The position numbers and the translations under genes are program-made. DNA of 64,000 nucleotides from an uncultured delta proteobacterium. Its GTDB lineage: Bacteria; Desulfobacterota; RBG-13-43-22. Location of the stretch: assembly GCA_963802945.1 (NCBI GenBank), contig CAWDKY010000033.1, positions 32,001 through 96,000 on the forward strand, given 5' to 3'. The first letter of the stretch is position 1; every line of letters begins with the position of its first letter. Of the stretch, positions 21,329 to 31,508 are shown piece by piece. Under the pieces are notes generated by a model, which worked only from the letters and a program-made list of their open reading frames with translations, was not told the DNA's origin and did no database searches.

Positions 21329-21433
21329 TTTAAACATTCATTCTTATACTGGATACTGGATTCGGAAAATCAAATTATTTAGATTACCCTAGCGATGTTT
21401 TCAGATTCGTAACCTCTCCCCTCCTAGAGCCAT

Positions 21434-22885
21434 TCATTCCTTGATCCCGGCAATATTTTTAGCCAGCTTTTTCTTGTACTCCAGGTTGCCCTGACGGGCG
21501 ATCATCACCCGCTGGGCCTGGGGTGATCCGGCCCCGTGCATGGACTCGGTCCGGTAGCCGACTGCAGCAGTTCCCAGGGTGATATTCTCGATGAGCCTCA
21601 ACATGCGGCACCGGTCTTCGGAGGAAACGGAGGCCACGCCCTTGATATATTTTTCCACCACCTTCCCAATTTCCGGATGACGCAGATCTTTTTCCGAGGC
21701 CATGGTAACCATGAGTCCGCCGGCAATATCTTCAGCCAATCTGGCGATCTCGTATGGAAAGCGGGTGACATTCTGCTTGCAGACATTGGCCAGCAACAGG
21801 TTGATCAAATAAGTCCCGGAGGCGGTTTTATGGCCTTCCGCCGAACAGGCAATGCCGCAGGCATACAGCGTTTCATTGAGATGCATCATCTCAATCAGTT
21901 TGTCCTTGATGTGGGAGGCCTTGGCCGCACCGTTGTAATCAGCCGCCACAGCCGCCGCCCCGATGAGCACGTCACCCACACCGACCTTGCATCCCCCATA
22001 ACTTTGACGATGATACCCGGCGAACCGTTCCACCAGCAGACCGCTGTATTCATATTCGCCGCACATCAAAACGTTTTCCCAGGGGACAAAAAGATTATCA
22101 AAGACCATGAGCGCTTCATGGCCGCCGAAGCGGGCGTTGCCTACATCGATTTCCCCACCCTCCAGCTTGCGCGTGTCGCAGGACTGACGGCCGTAGATAT
22201 AGAAGATACCTTGGGCATCCGCCGGCGCCACGAAAGAAACGGCATAGTCGGCATCCTCTTTTCTCATGGCCATGGTCGGCATCACCAGGATCCAATGGGA
22301 ATTTATGGCTCCGGTCTGGTGCGCTTTGGCCCCGCGGACCACGATACCTTTATCGTTTTTCTCGACCACATGCACATACAAATCCGGATCGGCCTGTTGG
22401 CTGGGTGGCAGGCTGCGGTCTCCTTTCGGATCGGTCATGGCGCCGTCAACGGTCCAGTCCTCCTCCTGCATCCTTTCAAGGAAGTGGGTAAATCGTTCAT
22501 GGTAATGGGTGCCCAGTTTCTGATCCATTTCAAAGGTGACGCTGTCCACGGCATTGATGGCATCCATGCCGACGCAGCGCTGAAAGCAGGCTGCGGTTTG
22601 CTGTCCCAGAAGCCGCTGCATCTTGACTTTCTTGACCAGGTCTTCGGTGCTTTGATGCAGGTGACAGAAGCGGTTGATCTTCTTGCCCGTCAGATGGGAT
22701 TGGGCGGTCATCAGATCCTCGTGTCCCGGATCCTGGGCCAGGGTATAAGTCATTTTTACCGAATTCATCGACGGTCTGATGATGGGATGATCCACCGGAT
22801 TTTTCACCAGTTCACCCATCAAGTAGATTTTAAAATTAAGCTTACGTAAACTTGCTTCATATTCTTCCGGCGTTTTAAGTGCCAT
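21434..22885 (-). CDS. abfD: 4-hydroxybutyryl-CoA dehydratase/vinylacetyl-CoA isomerase
   Basis: CFQRCVGMD, AMTDPKGDR, GAKAHQTG, YHRQSYGGCK, ESMHGAGSPQAQ. Confidence 0.92.
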   Translation of the reverse strand: MALKTPEEYEASLRKLNFKIYLMGELVKNPVDHPIIRPSMNSVKMTYTLAQDPGHEDLMTAQSHLTGKKINRFCHLHQSTEDLVKKVKMQRLLGQQTAACFQRCVGMDAINAVDSVTFEMDQKLGTHYHERFTHFLERMQEEDWTVDGAMTDPKGDRSLPPSQQADPDLYVHVVEKNDKGIVVRGAKAHQTGAINSHWILVMPTMAMRKEDADYAVSFVAPADAQGIFYIYGRQSCDTRKLEGGEIDVGNARFGGHEALMVFDNLFVPWENVLMCGEYEYSGLLVERFAGYHRQSYGGCKVGVGDVLIGAAAVAADYNGAAKASHIKDKLIEMMHLNETLYACGIACSAEGHKTASGTYLINLLLANVCKQNVTRFPYEIARLAEDIAGGLMVTMASEKDLRHPEIGKVVEKYIKGVASVSSEDRCRMLRLIENITLGTAAVGYRTESMHGAGSPQAQRVMIARQGNLEYKKKLAKNIAGIKE

Positions 22886-23072
22886 TAGCTTTCCTCCTTA
22901 GAAATGAATTCAAGGGGTCAAGGAAGCTAAAACCCTCGACCCCTGTTTTTGTATTTAATCTATTTTATTGTCTATGCCCCGATCTGCAATGAGGCACTTC
23001 GAAACATAAAAACCGTCGTTCTCCGAATTCCAAACTTCCTGCCTGTCCGCAGGCTCCGAACTATTTTTTGTA

Positions 23073-24254
23073 CTAAATCGACTCGACGATAAAGGCATGG
23101 GCAGGGCCGCCGCTGGCGCAAAGGGCGGCACAACCGTAGCGGACCCCGCGCCGTTTCATCTCGTTGATCAGGGTCATGATGAGCCTGGCGCCTGTTGCCC
23201 CGACAGGATGCCCCAGGGCGATCCCTGAACCGACGGCATTCAACCGGTCCAAAGGGACCTTTAATTCCCGATTGACTCCCAAGACCTGGGCCGCAAAGGC
23301 TTCATTGAATTCGAAATAATCTATATCGTCTTGTTTGAGACCGGCAAATCGCAAGGCATTTCGAACCGCTGGAACGACACCCATACCCATAATCCTGGGT
23401 TCCACCGAGCCGGGGGCCGAAGCCACTACCCTGGCTATAGGCTTGATCTTCATTTTTTTTGCCGTGTCTGAATCCATCATAATCAGAGCCGAGCCTCCAT
23501 CATTGAGACCGGAGGCATTGCCCGCCGTCACTGTTCCGTCTTTCTTGAAAGCCGGTCTTAATTTAGCCAGGGCTTCCATACTGGTATTCGGCAGAGGATG
23601 CTCATCCGTATCAATGACGACCGTTCCTTTTTTGGTCTTGACCTCAACGGGGATGATTTCATCCTTAAACCAGCCTTCTTTAATGGCCCTACAGGCCCGC
23701 TGGTGGCTCATCAAAGCGAATTCATCCTGTTCTTCACGGGTGATCCCATATTGGTCGGCAATATTGTCGGCGGTGATGCCCATATGGTAACCGACGAAAT
23801 CACAGATGAGGCCTCCCTTCATGAGACTGTCAATAACCTGTTCGGCATTTCCCAAACGATAGCCTTTACGGACACCGAACAGGAGATAAGGGGCATTGGA
23901 CATGCTTTCCACGCCCACGGCAGCGCCGATATCGATTTTCCCGAGCATGATTTCCTGGGACAGGAGCTCGGAAGCCCGCATGGAAGATGCACATTGCTGA
24001 TGGACGGTGAAGGCGGCTGATTCTACAGAACAACCGGCTTTCAAGGCGACATATCTGGCGGTGTTTCCCGGAGATCCGGCCTGATTGCATTGACCGGCAA
24101 TAACTTCCTGGATCGCTCCCGCATCCACGCCCGCCTTCCCCAAGGCGCCTTTCAAGGCGATTACACCCAAGTCAATAGCACTGTAACTCTCCAAAGAACC
24201 TTGGTAATTCCCAATAGCGGTCCTTGCCCCGCTTACGATAACCACTTCTCTCAT
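23073..24254 (-). CDS. Acetyl-CoA C-acetyltransferase (thiolase)
   Basis: QQCASS, GNASGLNDG, NEAFAAQ, GHPVGATG, LCASGG. Confidence 0.95.
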   Translation of the reverse strand: MREVVIVSGARTAIGNYQGSLESYSAIDLGVIALKGALGKAGVDAGAIQEVIAGQCNQAGSPGNTARYVALKAGCSVESAAFTVHQQCASSMRASELLSQEIMLGKIDIGAAVGVESMSNAPYLLFGVRKGYRLGNAEQVIDSLMKGGLICDFVGYHMGITADNIADQYGITREEQDEFALMSHQRACRAIKEGWFKDEIIPVEVKTKKGTVVIDTDEHPLPNTSMEALAKLRPAFKKDGTVTAGNASGLNDGGSALIMMDSDTAKKMKIKPIARVVASAPGSVEPRIMGMGVVPAVRNALRFAGLKQDDIDYFEFNEAFAAQVLGVNRELKVPLDRLNAVGSGIALGHPVGATGARLIMTLINEMKRRGVRYGCAALCASGGPAHAFIVESI

Positions 24255-24431
24255 AGCCGTTCCTTTCTTTAGGCAATATATTGTAACACAAACTTTTTTA
24301 AAAAATCTGATCTTTGATGGTCCAAGTAGCCAATTTGAAAGATTTCGTTTATACCATGTAATTGATTGCAGATCAACCGGCGAGAGGAATTTTTCCTATT
24401 CCTTAGGGGAATAAATAGAAAAAGATAGGAT

Positions 24432-26270
24432 CTATGGTTTAACGGCCCGTTTAAATCGTTCTTCCTGGTCCTGGTAATAGGATCGGTTGGGTGGATTTTT
24501 AGTCAGCACCTGTCGGATGATCTCCAGGGCCATATCAGGGCGACCGTTGACCAGATAGGCCTCGGCCAAGGTATCCAGGATTATGGGATCGGGCTTCAGA
24601 TCGGCTGCTTCCTTGGCCAAAGACAAGGCCTTTATCGGCTGAAAAAGGCCTGGGTCTTTGCTGGTGGCTAAAAGCCAAGCCAAGTTATTTAAAGCCAGAT
24701 AATTTTTCGGCTCCTTTTGCAATATCTTTTCATAATGGGTCTCGGCCTGCTGATATTTTTTCTCATCATGATAGATCATGGCCAGGGCCATCAAGATCTT
24801 GGTATCTCCCGGCCGGGAGCGAAGCTCCTGGGTTAAGAAGGATTCCAAGACCCGGGAGTCGCCGTCAGTGCCAGGAGAAAGCCATATCCGCTCCTTGATC
24901 CCATAAAAACCCAGACCGACCAGCAGGAAAAAAAACAGGCCTATGGACCAATATATTTTTTTATCATGCCTTCGGACCAGATCAGGACGGCGACCGGCAC
25001 TCTCTAAAAACGCCACCCGCTGGGCAATACTGAAATGGTGCCAACTGGGGAGATTACGGCTTTGTCCGGAAGAATAACCGATCTTTTCCAGGGATCGGAT
25101 CAAAGGTTCGGGTGACCCCATGGTCTTCAGGGCGAACAGGTCGGCCTGCCGTTCAAAATTACGCATGAAAAAACCGAAGAGGAAACGAAAATAGAGGATC
25201 AATCCCAAGGCCACGGGCAGAACCATGAAGACCGAAGTTAGATCTTCAAAATAGTCTCTCCAGGAATAAAGAAAATCAAGGATGGCCGGGTATTGAAAGA
25301 GCTGGCGCGTAAGCCACTGCGAAAAAAAGACCGCCAGCAAGATATAGCCGGCGAAAAAACCAAGATAGAACAGGAGGTGCTTTTTCCGAATGTGACCTAT
25401 TTCATGGGCCACGACCCCCATTAATTCCTCCGGCTCCAAAAGATCCAGCAAAGACGGGGTAATCAGCAGATAGCGGAAGCGTTTGACCAGGCCCATGACC
25501 CCGGCGGTCAGCATGCTGCCCCCGAAGGCCGGCCAGAGGAAAATCTGCTGAAAGGGGGCTCCCAATTTCCGACAAAAATCAAAAAGGATTTCTTTTTTGG
25601 GCCCTTCAGGAATGGGCCGGCATTGCCACCAGGTTTTAATCAGAAAGGGGAAAAAAATCGACAAAACCGTTAAAAAGATCAAGACATAGATCATTTCTCC
25701 TAAGGGTTGATTCAAAAAGGATCGCAGACCCGGACTGGAAACCAGTTCAATAAGGTCCGACAGGAGTGTGATCAAAAACCAGGGGAATAAAATAGGTAAA
25801 TTAAACTGGAGCTGGGACCTTAGATAGGAACCCCTGGTCTGGAAGGATCTGAAGATCGTCGCCTGGGCCGGATAGCCCAAAATCCAGATCAAGGCCACAT
25901 GAATAAGATACAGGGTGATGCCCAAGGCCCCCTCCAGGGAAGCAAAACGGCCGGCCCCCGGGATTACGGCCACTAAGGATTTAAAGTTCAGGAGGTAAAT
26001 TTCGGAGGCAAAAAAGATCAGAGCCAGGATCATCAGGTATTGGGTAGTCTGCTGATACCCTCGCTGTAAGGAATAAGAACCTTGCCGGTTATCAAGGGCC
26101 AGGAGATAAAGGCGGTGAAATCGTCTCCAGGTTTCTAGTCCAAAGACGGCCAGAAAAAGGCAAAGGGTTCCGGCATTGACCCAGAGATCGACGAACGGCA
26201 GCCTCGGGCCCAACGATCGGGTATAATAAATCAATAGGGCTAAGATAAAAAAGATAATATTGGTAAACAT
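24432..26270 (-). CDS. M48-family membrane metalloprotease with C-terminal TPR
   Basis: Multiple TM segments, HEIGH, FERQAD, ALNNLAWLLAT. Start moved to MFTNII, just after a TTGACA-N17-TAATCT promoter. Confidence 0.88.
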   Translation of the reverse strand: MFTNIIFFILALLIYYTRSLGPRLPFVDLWVNAGTLCLFLAVFGLETWRRFHRLYLLALDNRQGSYSLQRGYQQTTQYLMILALIFFASEIYLLNFKSLVAVIPGAGRFASLEGALGITLYLIHVALIWILGYPAQATIFRSFQTRGSYLRSQLQFNLPILFPWFLITLLSDLIELVSSPGLRSFLNQPLGEMIYVLIFLTVLSIFFPFLIKTWWQCRPIPEGPKKEILFDFCRKLGAPFQQIFLWPAFGGSMLTAGVMGLVKRFRYLLITPSLLDLLEPEELMGVVAHEIGHIRKKHLLFYLGFFAGYILLAVFFSQWLTRQLFQYPAILDFLYSWRDYFEDLTSVFMVLPVALGLILYFRFLFGFFMRNFERQADLFALKTMGSPEPLIRSLEKIGYSSGQSRNLPSWHHFSIAQRVAFLESAGRRPDLVRRHDKKIYWSIGLFFFLLVGLGFYGIKERIWLSPGTDGDSRVLESFLTQELRSRPGDTKILMALAMIYHDEKKYQQAETHYEKILQKEPKNYLALNNLAWLLATSKDPGLFQPIKALSLAKEAADLKPDPIILDTLAEAYLVNGRPDMALEIIRQVLTKNPPNRSYYQDQEERFKRAVKP

Positions 26271-26330
26271 AGGCACAGGAAGATTACCGATAATGCGGAA
26301 GGATGTCAAGATAAGGGCTGAGGAGAGGCC

Positions 26331-26359
26331 TTGACAAAATATACAGGACTGTTTATAAT
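26331..26359 (+). promoter_or_regulatory. Consensus sigma70 promoter
   Basis: TTGACA-N17-TATAAT upstream of 26405. Confidence 0.7.
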
Positions 26360-26404
26360 AAATTATCAAAAAGGTTAAAAAATTCCATACGATATTCAAC
26401 GGCT

Positions 26405-26644
26405 ATGATGAATAATCCTTATCGAGTCCCGACACGAAAAAATAAAAGACCCGCCCAGTACGATCAATTTGAAGCCACCGAGCTTTATTGTCCAAGATGC
26501 CGTCGGGCCATGCCGGTCCGTAAAAGGCTCTTATTGGTTTTGCCGGAAGGGGACAAGTATGAATATCTTTGTGCCGCTTGTTTAACCGCTGTGGGCGACA
26601 AGATCGAGAAAAATACCGAAGGGATTAGACTGGTCCTGCCTTAA
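26405..26644 (+). CDS. Small zinc-ribbon protein
   Basis: LYCPRC...YLCAAC. Confidence 0.75.
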   Translation: MMNNPYRVPTRKNKRPAQYDQFEATELYCPRCRRAMPVRKRLLLVLPEGDKYEYLCAACLTAVGDKIEKNTEGIRLVLP

Positions 26645-26931
26645 TTCTGTGAAAGTCAGGATTTGACTATACAGGCATTGTCAAGCTTGATGATGACTTC
26701 TTCCTGTACTCTTATAACTTCCTTTTTTGCAAAAATAAAAGACTTCAAACAAAAAATTCTGGAAATTCTCGATGATGATCTTAACGAATGGATGACTTAA
26801 TGATTAAATCTTGACCGTTTGGCTCTGTCTCATTTTAATTTTCGGAGGGATGCGCCTGGAAAAGCAATATATGGTTTAACAAAATAAGGACCTGCCCCCG
26901 CCGAAGCGGGGACAGGCCATCCCAAAAACTT

Positions 26932-27321
26932 CTATCGCTTTTCTCCGGTGAAGGTGCCCGTAACAGAGCGGCCCCTACCACGAGATCCGGCGTATGTGTA
27001 CTCGACTGAACCGCTGACCTTATTGCCCTCAACCTTTCCTTTATAGGTTATATCAATCTCGTTATTTTTGAATGTGTATTCGAAATCGCTGCCTTGGATT
27101 TTTCCTGTAACTTTACTTTTTCTGCCTACATCTTGGTAGGTTCCGGTAATTTTCTCACCGTCCTGTTGCAAAACGAAAGTTGGAGTCGCTTTATCGACGG
27201 AGGTATCAACCGATATATTCCAGGTTCCCGTCAAACTATCCGCAGCCTGAGTAACCGCGGCTCCCGCAGCTAAACCTAAAACCACAAATAACATCACGAT
27301 AAAAATGAACGATTTTTTCAT
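26932..27321 (-). CDS. Secreted hypothetical beta-rich protein
   Basis: Signal peptide, LTGTW motif, AGGAGG RBS. Confidence 0.75.
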   Translation of the reverse strand: MKKSFIFIVMLFVVLGLAAGAAVTQAADSLTGTWNISVDTSVDKATPTFVLQQDGEKITGTYQDVGRKSKVTGKIQGSDFEYTFKNNEIDITYKGKVEGNKVSGSVEYTYAGSRGRGRSVTGTFTGEKR

Positions 27322-27792
27322 ACCTTCCTCCTTTTTCTATTCTTATTTTTATTTTTATCTTTATTTCGATCTTTTTTCAAGTGTTTTTGTTTCTATTGGA
27401 GAGCTTGACATAGCCTCGGATTTTCCTTTGGATGTTTTTTGAGGTAATTTTTTCGATTTCAATAGGCGATGAGGATGTTGGTTCTAAAACGACATATTAT
27501 CGTAACATTTCCAGGGAACTTCGTCCAAAAAAAAATAAGGATATCCTCATTCCCTTACAATTACAATCTATGATAATACTTCTACGAGACGCCTCATCTG
27601 ACCTTGGGGCAGCCTGTTGCGTTCTTTCTAAAGTCGCCAAATTCAGCCCCCCTGTTCTTAGCTGAAGATTAAACCGACTATCTTTAGTATCGGCCCCAAA
27701 AGCTCGAAATAAGCGGCCCCCATAATAGCTTTTCTTGCCTCAACCATCGGATTGTATTCTTGTACGTGATTTAATGAGCACCATTTTTTTGC

Positions 27793-27822
27793 TTGACAAA
27801 TTATGAGCATATGCTTATAATT
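27793..27822 (+). promoter_or_regulatory. Consensus sigma70 promoter with an overlapping 24-bp palindromic operator
   Basis: TTGACA-N17-TATAAT; AATTATGAGCAT|ATGCTTATAATT has one mismatch. Confidence 0.75.
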
Positions 27823-27842
27823 AGTTTTAAGAGGTGTCCATT

Positions 27843-28322
27843 ATGGCCAGACCGAGAAATTGCAGGAGAGTGGGGTGTCTCCCTGGGAGCCAGTATTTTA
27901 AACCCAGAGGAATCCCCCTTTCAGGACTTGAGGAAATAAAGTTGACCGTTGATGAATTTGAGGCCCTTCGGTTAGCTGACTTGGAAGGTTTATACCAAGA
28001 TCAGGCTGCCGGAAGAATGAATGTCTCCCGACAAACCTTTGGAAGAATTATAGGATCAGGACACAAAAAAGTTGCCGAGGCTTTGGTTAAAGGTAAGGCT
28101 TTGAAGATTGAAGGAGGTGATTTTGATATGGCTTCTATGAGAAAATTTGGATGTTATGATTGCCAATATTCTTGGGATTTGCCTTACGGAACGGGTAGAC
28201 CAAAGAACTGCCCTTCCTGCAAAAGCGGCAACATTCACAGAACAGAGGAAGGCAGAGGATACGATAGAGGATTTGGGAAAGGGCAAGGCAGGTGTTGTCG
28301 TGTGAATCAACAAAAACAATAA
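27843..28322 (+). CDS. DUF134 HTH protein with C-terminal Zn ribbon
   Basis: MARPR..FKPRG..EFEALRLADLEGL..MNVSRQTFGR; CxxC..CPxC. Confidence 0.9.
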   Translation: MARPRNCRRVGCLPGSQYFKPRGIPLSGLEEIKLTVDEFEALRLADLEGLYQDQAAGRMNVSRQTFGRIIGSGHKKVAEALVKGKALKIEGGDFDMASMRKFGCYDCQYSWDLPYGTGRPKNCPSCKSGNIHRTEEGRGYDRGFGKGQGRCCRVNQQKQ

Positions 28323-28448
28323 CGAAGGAAAAATTTAATTAAATCATTGCGAAAAGGCGGGAAGGATTAAATGAAAGGCTTGCCGATTCTATGATTAACC
28401 GGGAAGCCTTAAGAATAGAGACCGCTATCGCCAAAAAAGGAGAAAGTC

Positions 28449-28835
28449 ATGAAGGTAGGTTTTGCAGTACAGGGTAATGAAGGAGTTGAGAGCAAGGTTT
28501 ATGGTCATTTTGGTTCGGCACCGGCGTTTATCATCGTCGATACCGAGGGGAAAGAGGTTGTAACAGTAAACAATAGAGACTTAGACCATGTCCATGGTGC
28601 CTGTAACCCAATTAAGGCCCTTGATGGTAAGAGTGTGGAGGCCATGGTTGTTGGAGGTATAGGTGCAGGAGCCATATCCGGGCTCAATGCACAGGGTATC
28701 AAGGTCTACCAATCCATCGCCGAAACAGTTAGACAGAACCTGGATCTCCTGAAAGACGGGAAGCTCCCCTTGCTTTCCTTGCAAAACGCCTGCCAGGGCC
28801 ACCAGAGCGGGGAATGCGGACACCACGGTTCATAG
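28449..28835 (+). CDS. NifB/NifX (FeMo-cofactor-binding-like) family protein
   Basis: GHFGSAPAF, HGAC, GGIGAGA. Confidence 0.88.
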   Translation: MKVGFAVQGNEGVESKVYGHFGSAPAFIIVDTEGKEVVTVNNRDLDHVHGACNPIKALDGKSVEAMVVGGIGAGAISGLNAQGIKVYQSIAETVRQNLDLLKDGKLPLLSLQNACQGHQSGECGHHGS

Positions 28836-28850
28836 AAGGAGGAGAGGGAA

Positions 28851-29084
28851 ATGCCGATTTACGAATATCGTTGCGAAAAATGCGGGGAGGTGAGTGAGAT
28901 TCTCGTATTGGGGAAGCAGGAGGTCATTGCCTGCCAACAATGTGGAAGCAAAGATTTGGTGAAATTGATGTCAGCTCACAGCGTTTCCGTAAGCTCTCAG
29001 TCTTTCGCCATACCCGAACCCTCGAGCGGTTGCTGTGGATCACCCAACTCTTGCGGGGCTCCAGGAAGCTGCTGCTCAAAGTAG
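28851..29084 (+). CDS. FmdB-family zinc-ribbon protein
   Basis: MPIYEYRCEKCG...CQQCGS..KLMS. Confidence 0.88.
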   Translation: MPIYEYRCEKCGEVSEILVLGKQEVIACQQCGSKDLVKLMSAHSVSVSSQSFAIPEPSSGCCGSPNSCGAPGSCCSK

Positions 29085-29658
29085 GGTAATGGATATGGGG
29101 ACATCCATTCATTGCGTTTCGATCGACTCCGCTCCCCCATCCAGCCTTCCCCCTCCAAGGAGGAGGGATAGGGTGAGATTGATGTGAGCTTATTCCGATA
29201 TTTAAATTAACTTTAAAGATGCAGCAGGAAAGATCAGGAAAGTTCACCTGAATCGATAGTCCTGCTCATTTGGAAGAAAAGGAGGTGCCTTGTTCATTTT
29301 AATTGTCCGGCTTAAAGAACCGGAAGAAACCTGGCTGGACAAGATATGGTCTGATGAAAAAAACAACTTCTTCCTTCAAAACTCTATTTTGAATAAAACC
29401 GAAGAGTTCAACGGTAATCAATAAAAGCTATTTTGCCAAAATATTTGGATATTGCGAACTTCGTATTTCTTGCTAATATTCAGTAATTATGAATAATAAT
29501 AAATTAAGATTCTTTATATTTTAACTATTTTTATTGAACTGAAAAACAATCTATGCTATATTCCATTATAAATATCCGGCAAAAACAAAGTTCGTATATT
29601 AATTGTTAAATAACCCGGTGTTCAAAACACCCTCACAACAATGAAAGGAGAACAAAAT

Positions 29659-30135
29659 ATGAACAGAGTCAGATTAATTTCTCGAACATTTACCTTGGTA
29701 ATTGTCGCTGCCGTCTGCTGCTTAGTCATCAGCAGCTGCAAATATCAGGTTCCCATCACTTCCAAATCCACTCGCAAGGTTGATACCAGACTCCTTGGCA
29801 ACTGGACCTCCAAGGACGGGAAGACCAAGATAAAGGTGATGAAGCTGGATGACTCTAATTATAAGGTCTTTTCCAAGAAGGATTATCTCGCCTATCATTC
29901 GGACGTGGCCGGGACGCCTTTTGTCAGCGTGAAGAACCTTAAATCGAACAAACCTGAGTATTATTATTGGACCTGGAAATTGTCTGAGGATGGCACGCTG
30001 ATTTTGCGTAATGTCAACGACAAGGTCGTTCCAGATAACACCAAGGACTCGGCCAGCGTGCAAGAGCTCTTGAAAAAGAACCTAAAAAATCCGGCGCTCT
30101 TTAGGGGCGAATTCCGATTGACCAAAAACAAGTAG
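29659..30135 (+). CDS. Putative lipoprotein followed by an attC site
   Basis: AAGGAG RBS, hydrophobic signal ending ISSC, DTRLLGNW. Confidence 0.75.
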   Translation: MNRVRLISRTFTLVIVAAVCCLVISSCKYQVPITSKSTRKVDTRLLGNWTSKDGKTKIKVMKLDDSNYKVFSKKDYLAYHSDVAGTPFVSVKNLKSNKPEYYYWTWKLSEDGTLILRNVNDKVVPDNTKDSASVQELLKKNLKNPALFRGEFRLTKNK

Positions 30136-30141
30136 TCGGCC

Positions 30142-30240
30142 GTCTATCAAAACACTGGAGCCAACGCCGGTTGTCTGTCTTCGTTCCGCATTCACAATTG
30201 ACAGCATCCATCCGGCGTGGCTCAGTTCTGGACGTTGGAG
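30142..30240 (+). other. Solitary attC-like site
   Basis: GTCTATC..CTGGAGCCAACGCCGG ... CCGGCGTGGCTCAG..GTTGGAG, with paired arms and bulged bases. Confidence 0.7.
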
Positions 30241-30704
30241 TCAACCCATATTAGAGAAATAGAAATGATTGTAATTGATTCCGCCCTCCGCATCATAAAT
30301 TACTTGATCAAGTTGGACGATGTTTAGAGGCTTCTCACAGCGGAGTTTAAAGGGTTGCGAGAAATAGACGCCTCCGGTGCAATCTCAAATTACACTTCCG
30401 CCTCTTTCCCCGAATCCACCACCATGCTCCTGCTGGGTTCTGGCCTGAGAGGGACTCGAGGCCCGTCAGTAAACGCTTTAAAAATAATTTACCCTTATCT
30501 TCAAAATACAAAGGCAGGGTCAGAAATGGCTCTGCCTTTTTTTATGCACATTTCAAACGATAATCGTTAATTTTCTGGTCTATCTTCTTAAACCATTTTT
30601 AGTTGAAATCACTGGTACGAGTTATCTTGAGATCGCCTTTCAAGGTTTGAGTTGGAAGTCTCGGATTAAAGAGGATGATGACAGACGTGAAGTTTATTCG
30701 TCCA

Positions 30705-30893
30705 TCATCCCCTGTCCCTCTTATGGTCAAACTGAAAACCTTTCTTCCTGAACAGTTTCAGACAGACATCCACCACCTCCTGATCATAGAGAAGGCCTTT
30801 GTTCTTTTTTATTTCTCCGAGAGCCGCCTCGATTCCAAGTGCAGGCCGGTAGGGCTGATAAAAAGCCATGGCTTCAACCGCGTCGGCCACAAC
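30705..30893 (-). pseudogene. C-terminal fragment of an HD-GYP gene
   Basis: VADAVEAMA..PYRPALGIEAAL.EIKKNKGLLYD, paralogous to the end of 41624-43999. Confidence 0.7.
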
Positions 30894-30894
30894 G

Positions 30895-31087
30895 TCTGCG
30901 TTTGGTCATAGAGGGGCATACCTTTGAGTTGGAAAGCCAGGTATTCCCTTTGAGTCTGAGTATCGGACTGATCGAAATCGAGGAGGGAACCTTGACCACC
31001 GGAGAACTTTTGTCTCAGGCCGCCGCAGTCATCTACCAGGCCAAAGCGCAGGAAAAGAACCGTGTGGTGGTTTATGGCTCTAAGTAA
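30895..31087 (+). pseudogene. C-terminal fragment of a GGDEF domain
   Basis: SLSIG...ELLSQA..IYQAKAQEKNRVVVY. Confidence 0.6.
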
Positions 31088-31368
31088 ATTGCTCGGAACT
31101 AAACCATTTCGGATTTCATATTGGGGATGGCGGAATACATTTTTATGAAGCCGATTCAATACCCATTTCCTTACTTTTTTGTTGACTTACTCCATCAAGA
31201 CCTTACAATATAAGTCAGTTCATTCACAATAGATCCGATATTTAGGCCCAGTTACTCGGCGGTTAACCTCTATTAGGGAACAACCGTTATGGAAAACACC
31301 TGTCGGCCAAGTTCTTTTTATCTATTCCTCTATCTGTCTAACCTTCAATTCCTGTTCCCTCTATATTT

Positions 31369-31508
31369 TGAACTCGTAAAAATTCGCCGAATGCCCATTT
31401 TCGTCATTCCGGACTTGATCCGGAATCCAGTAAAGTCAATATGTTCTGGATACTGGATACCGGCTTTCGCCGGTATGACCTCATAAGGACTTTTTACAAA
31501 ACCCTCAT
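31369..31508. mobile_element. MITE with REP-like palindromes
   Basis: GAACTCGTAAAAA..GTCATTCCGGACTTGATCCGGAATCCAG..CTGGATACCGGCTTTCGCCGGTATGAC..GACTTTTTACAAA. Confidence 0.65.

Noticed and set aside
21536-22849. 437-aa plus-strand ORF and other long antisense ORFs (e.g. 4715-5380, 46527-47126, 55171-55839)
   Set aside because: Shadows of well-supported genes on the opposite strand, with no motifs of their own.
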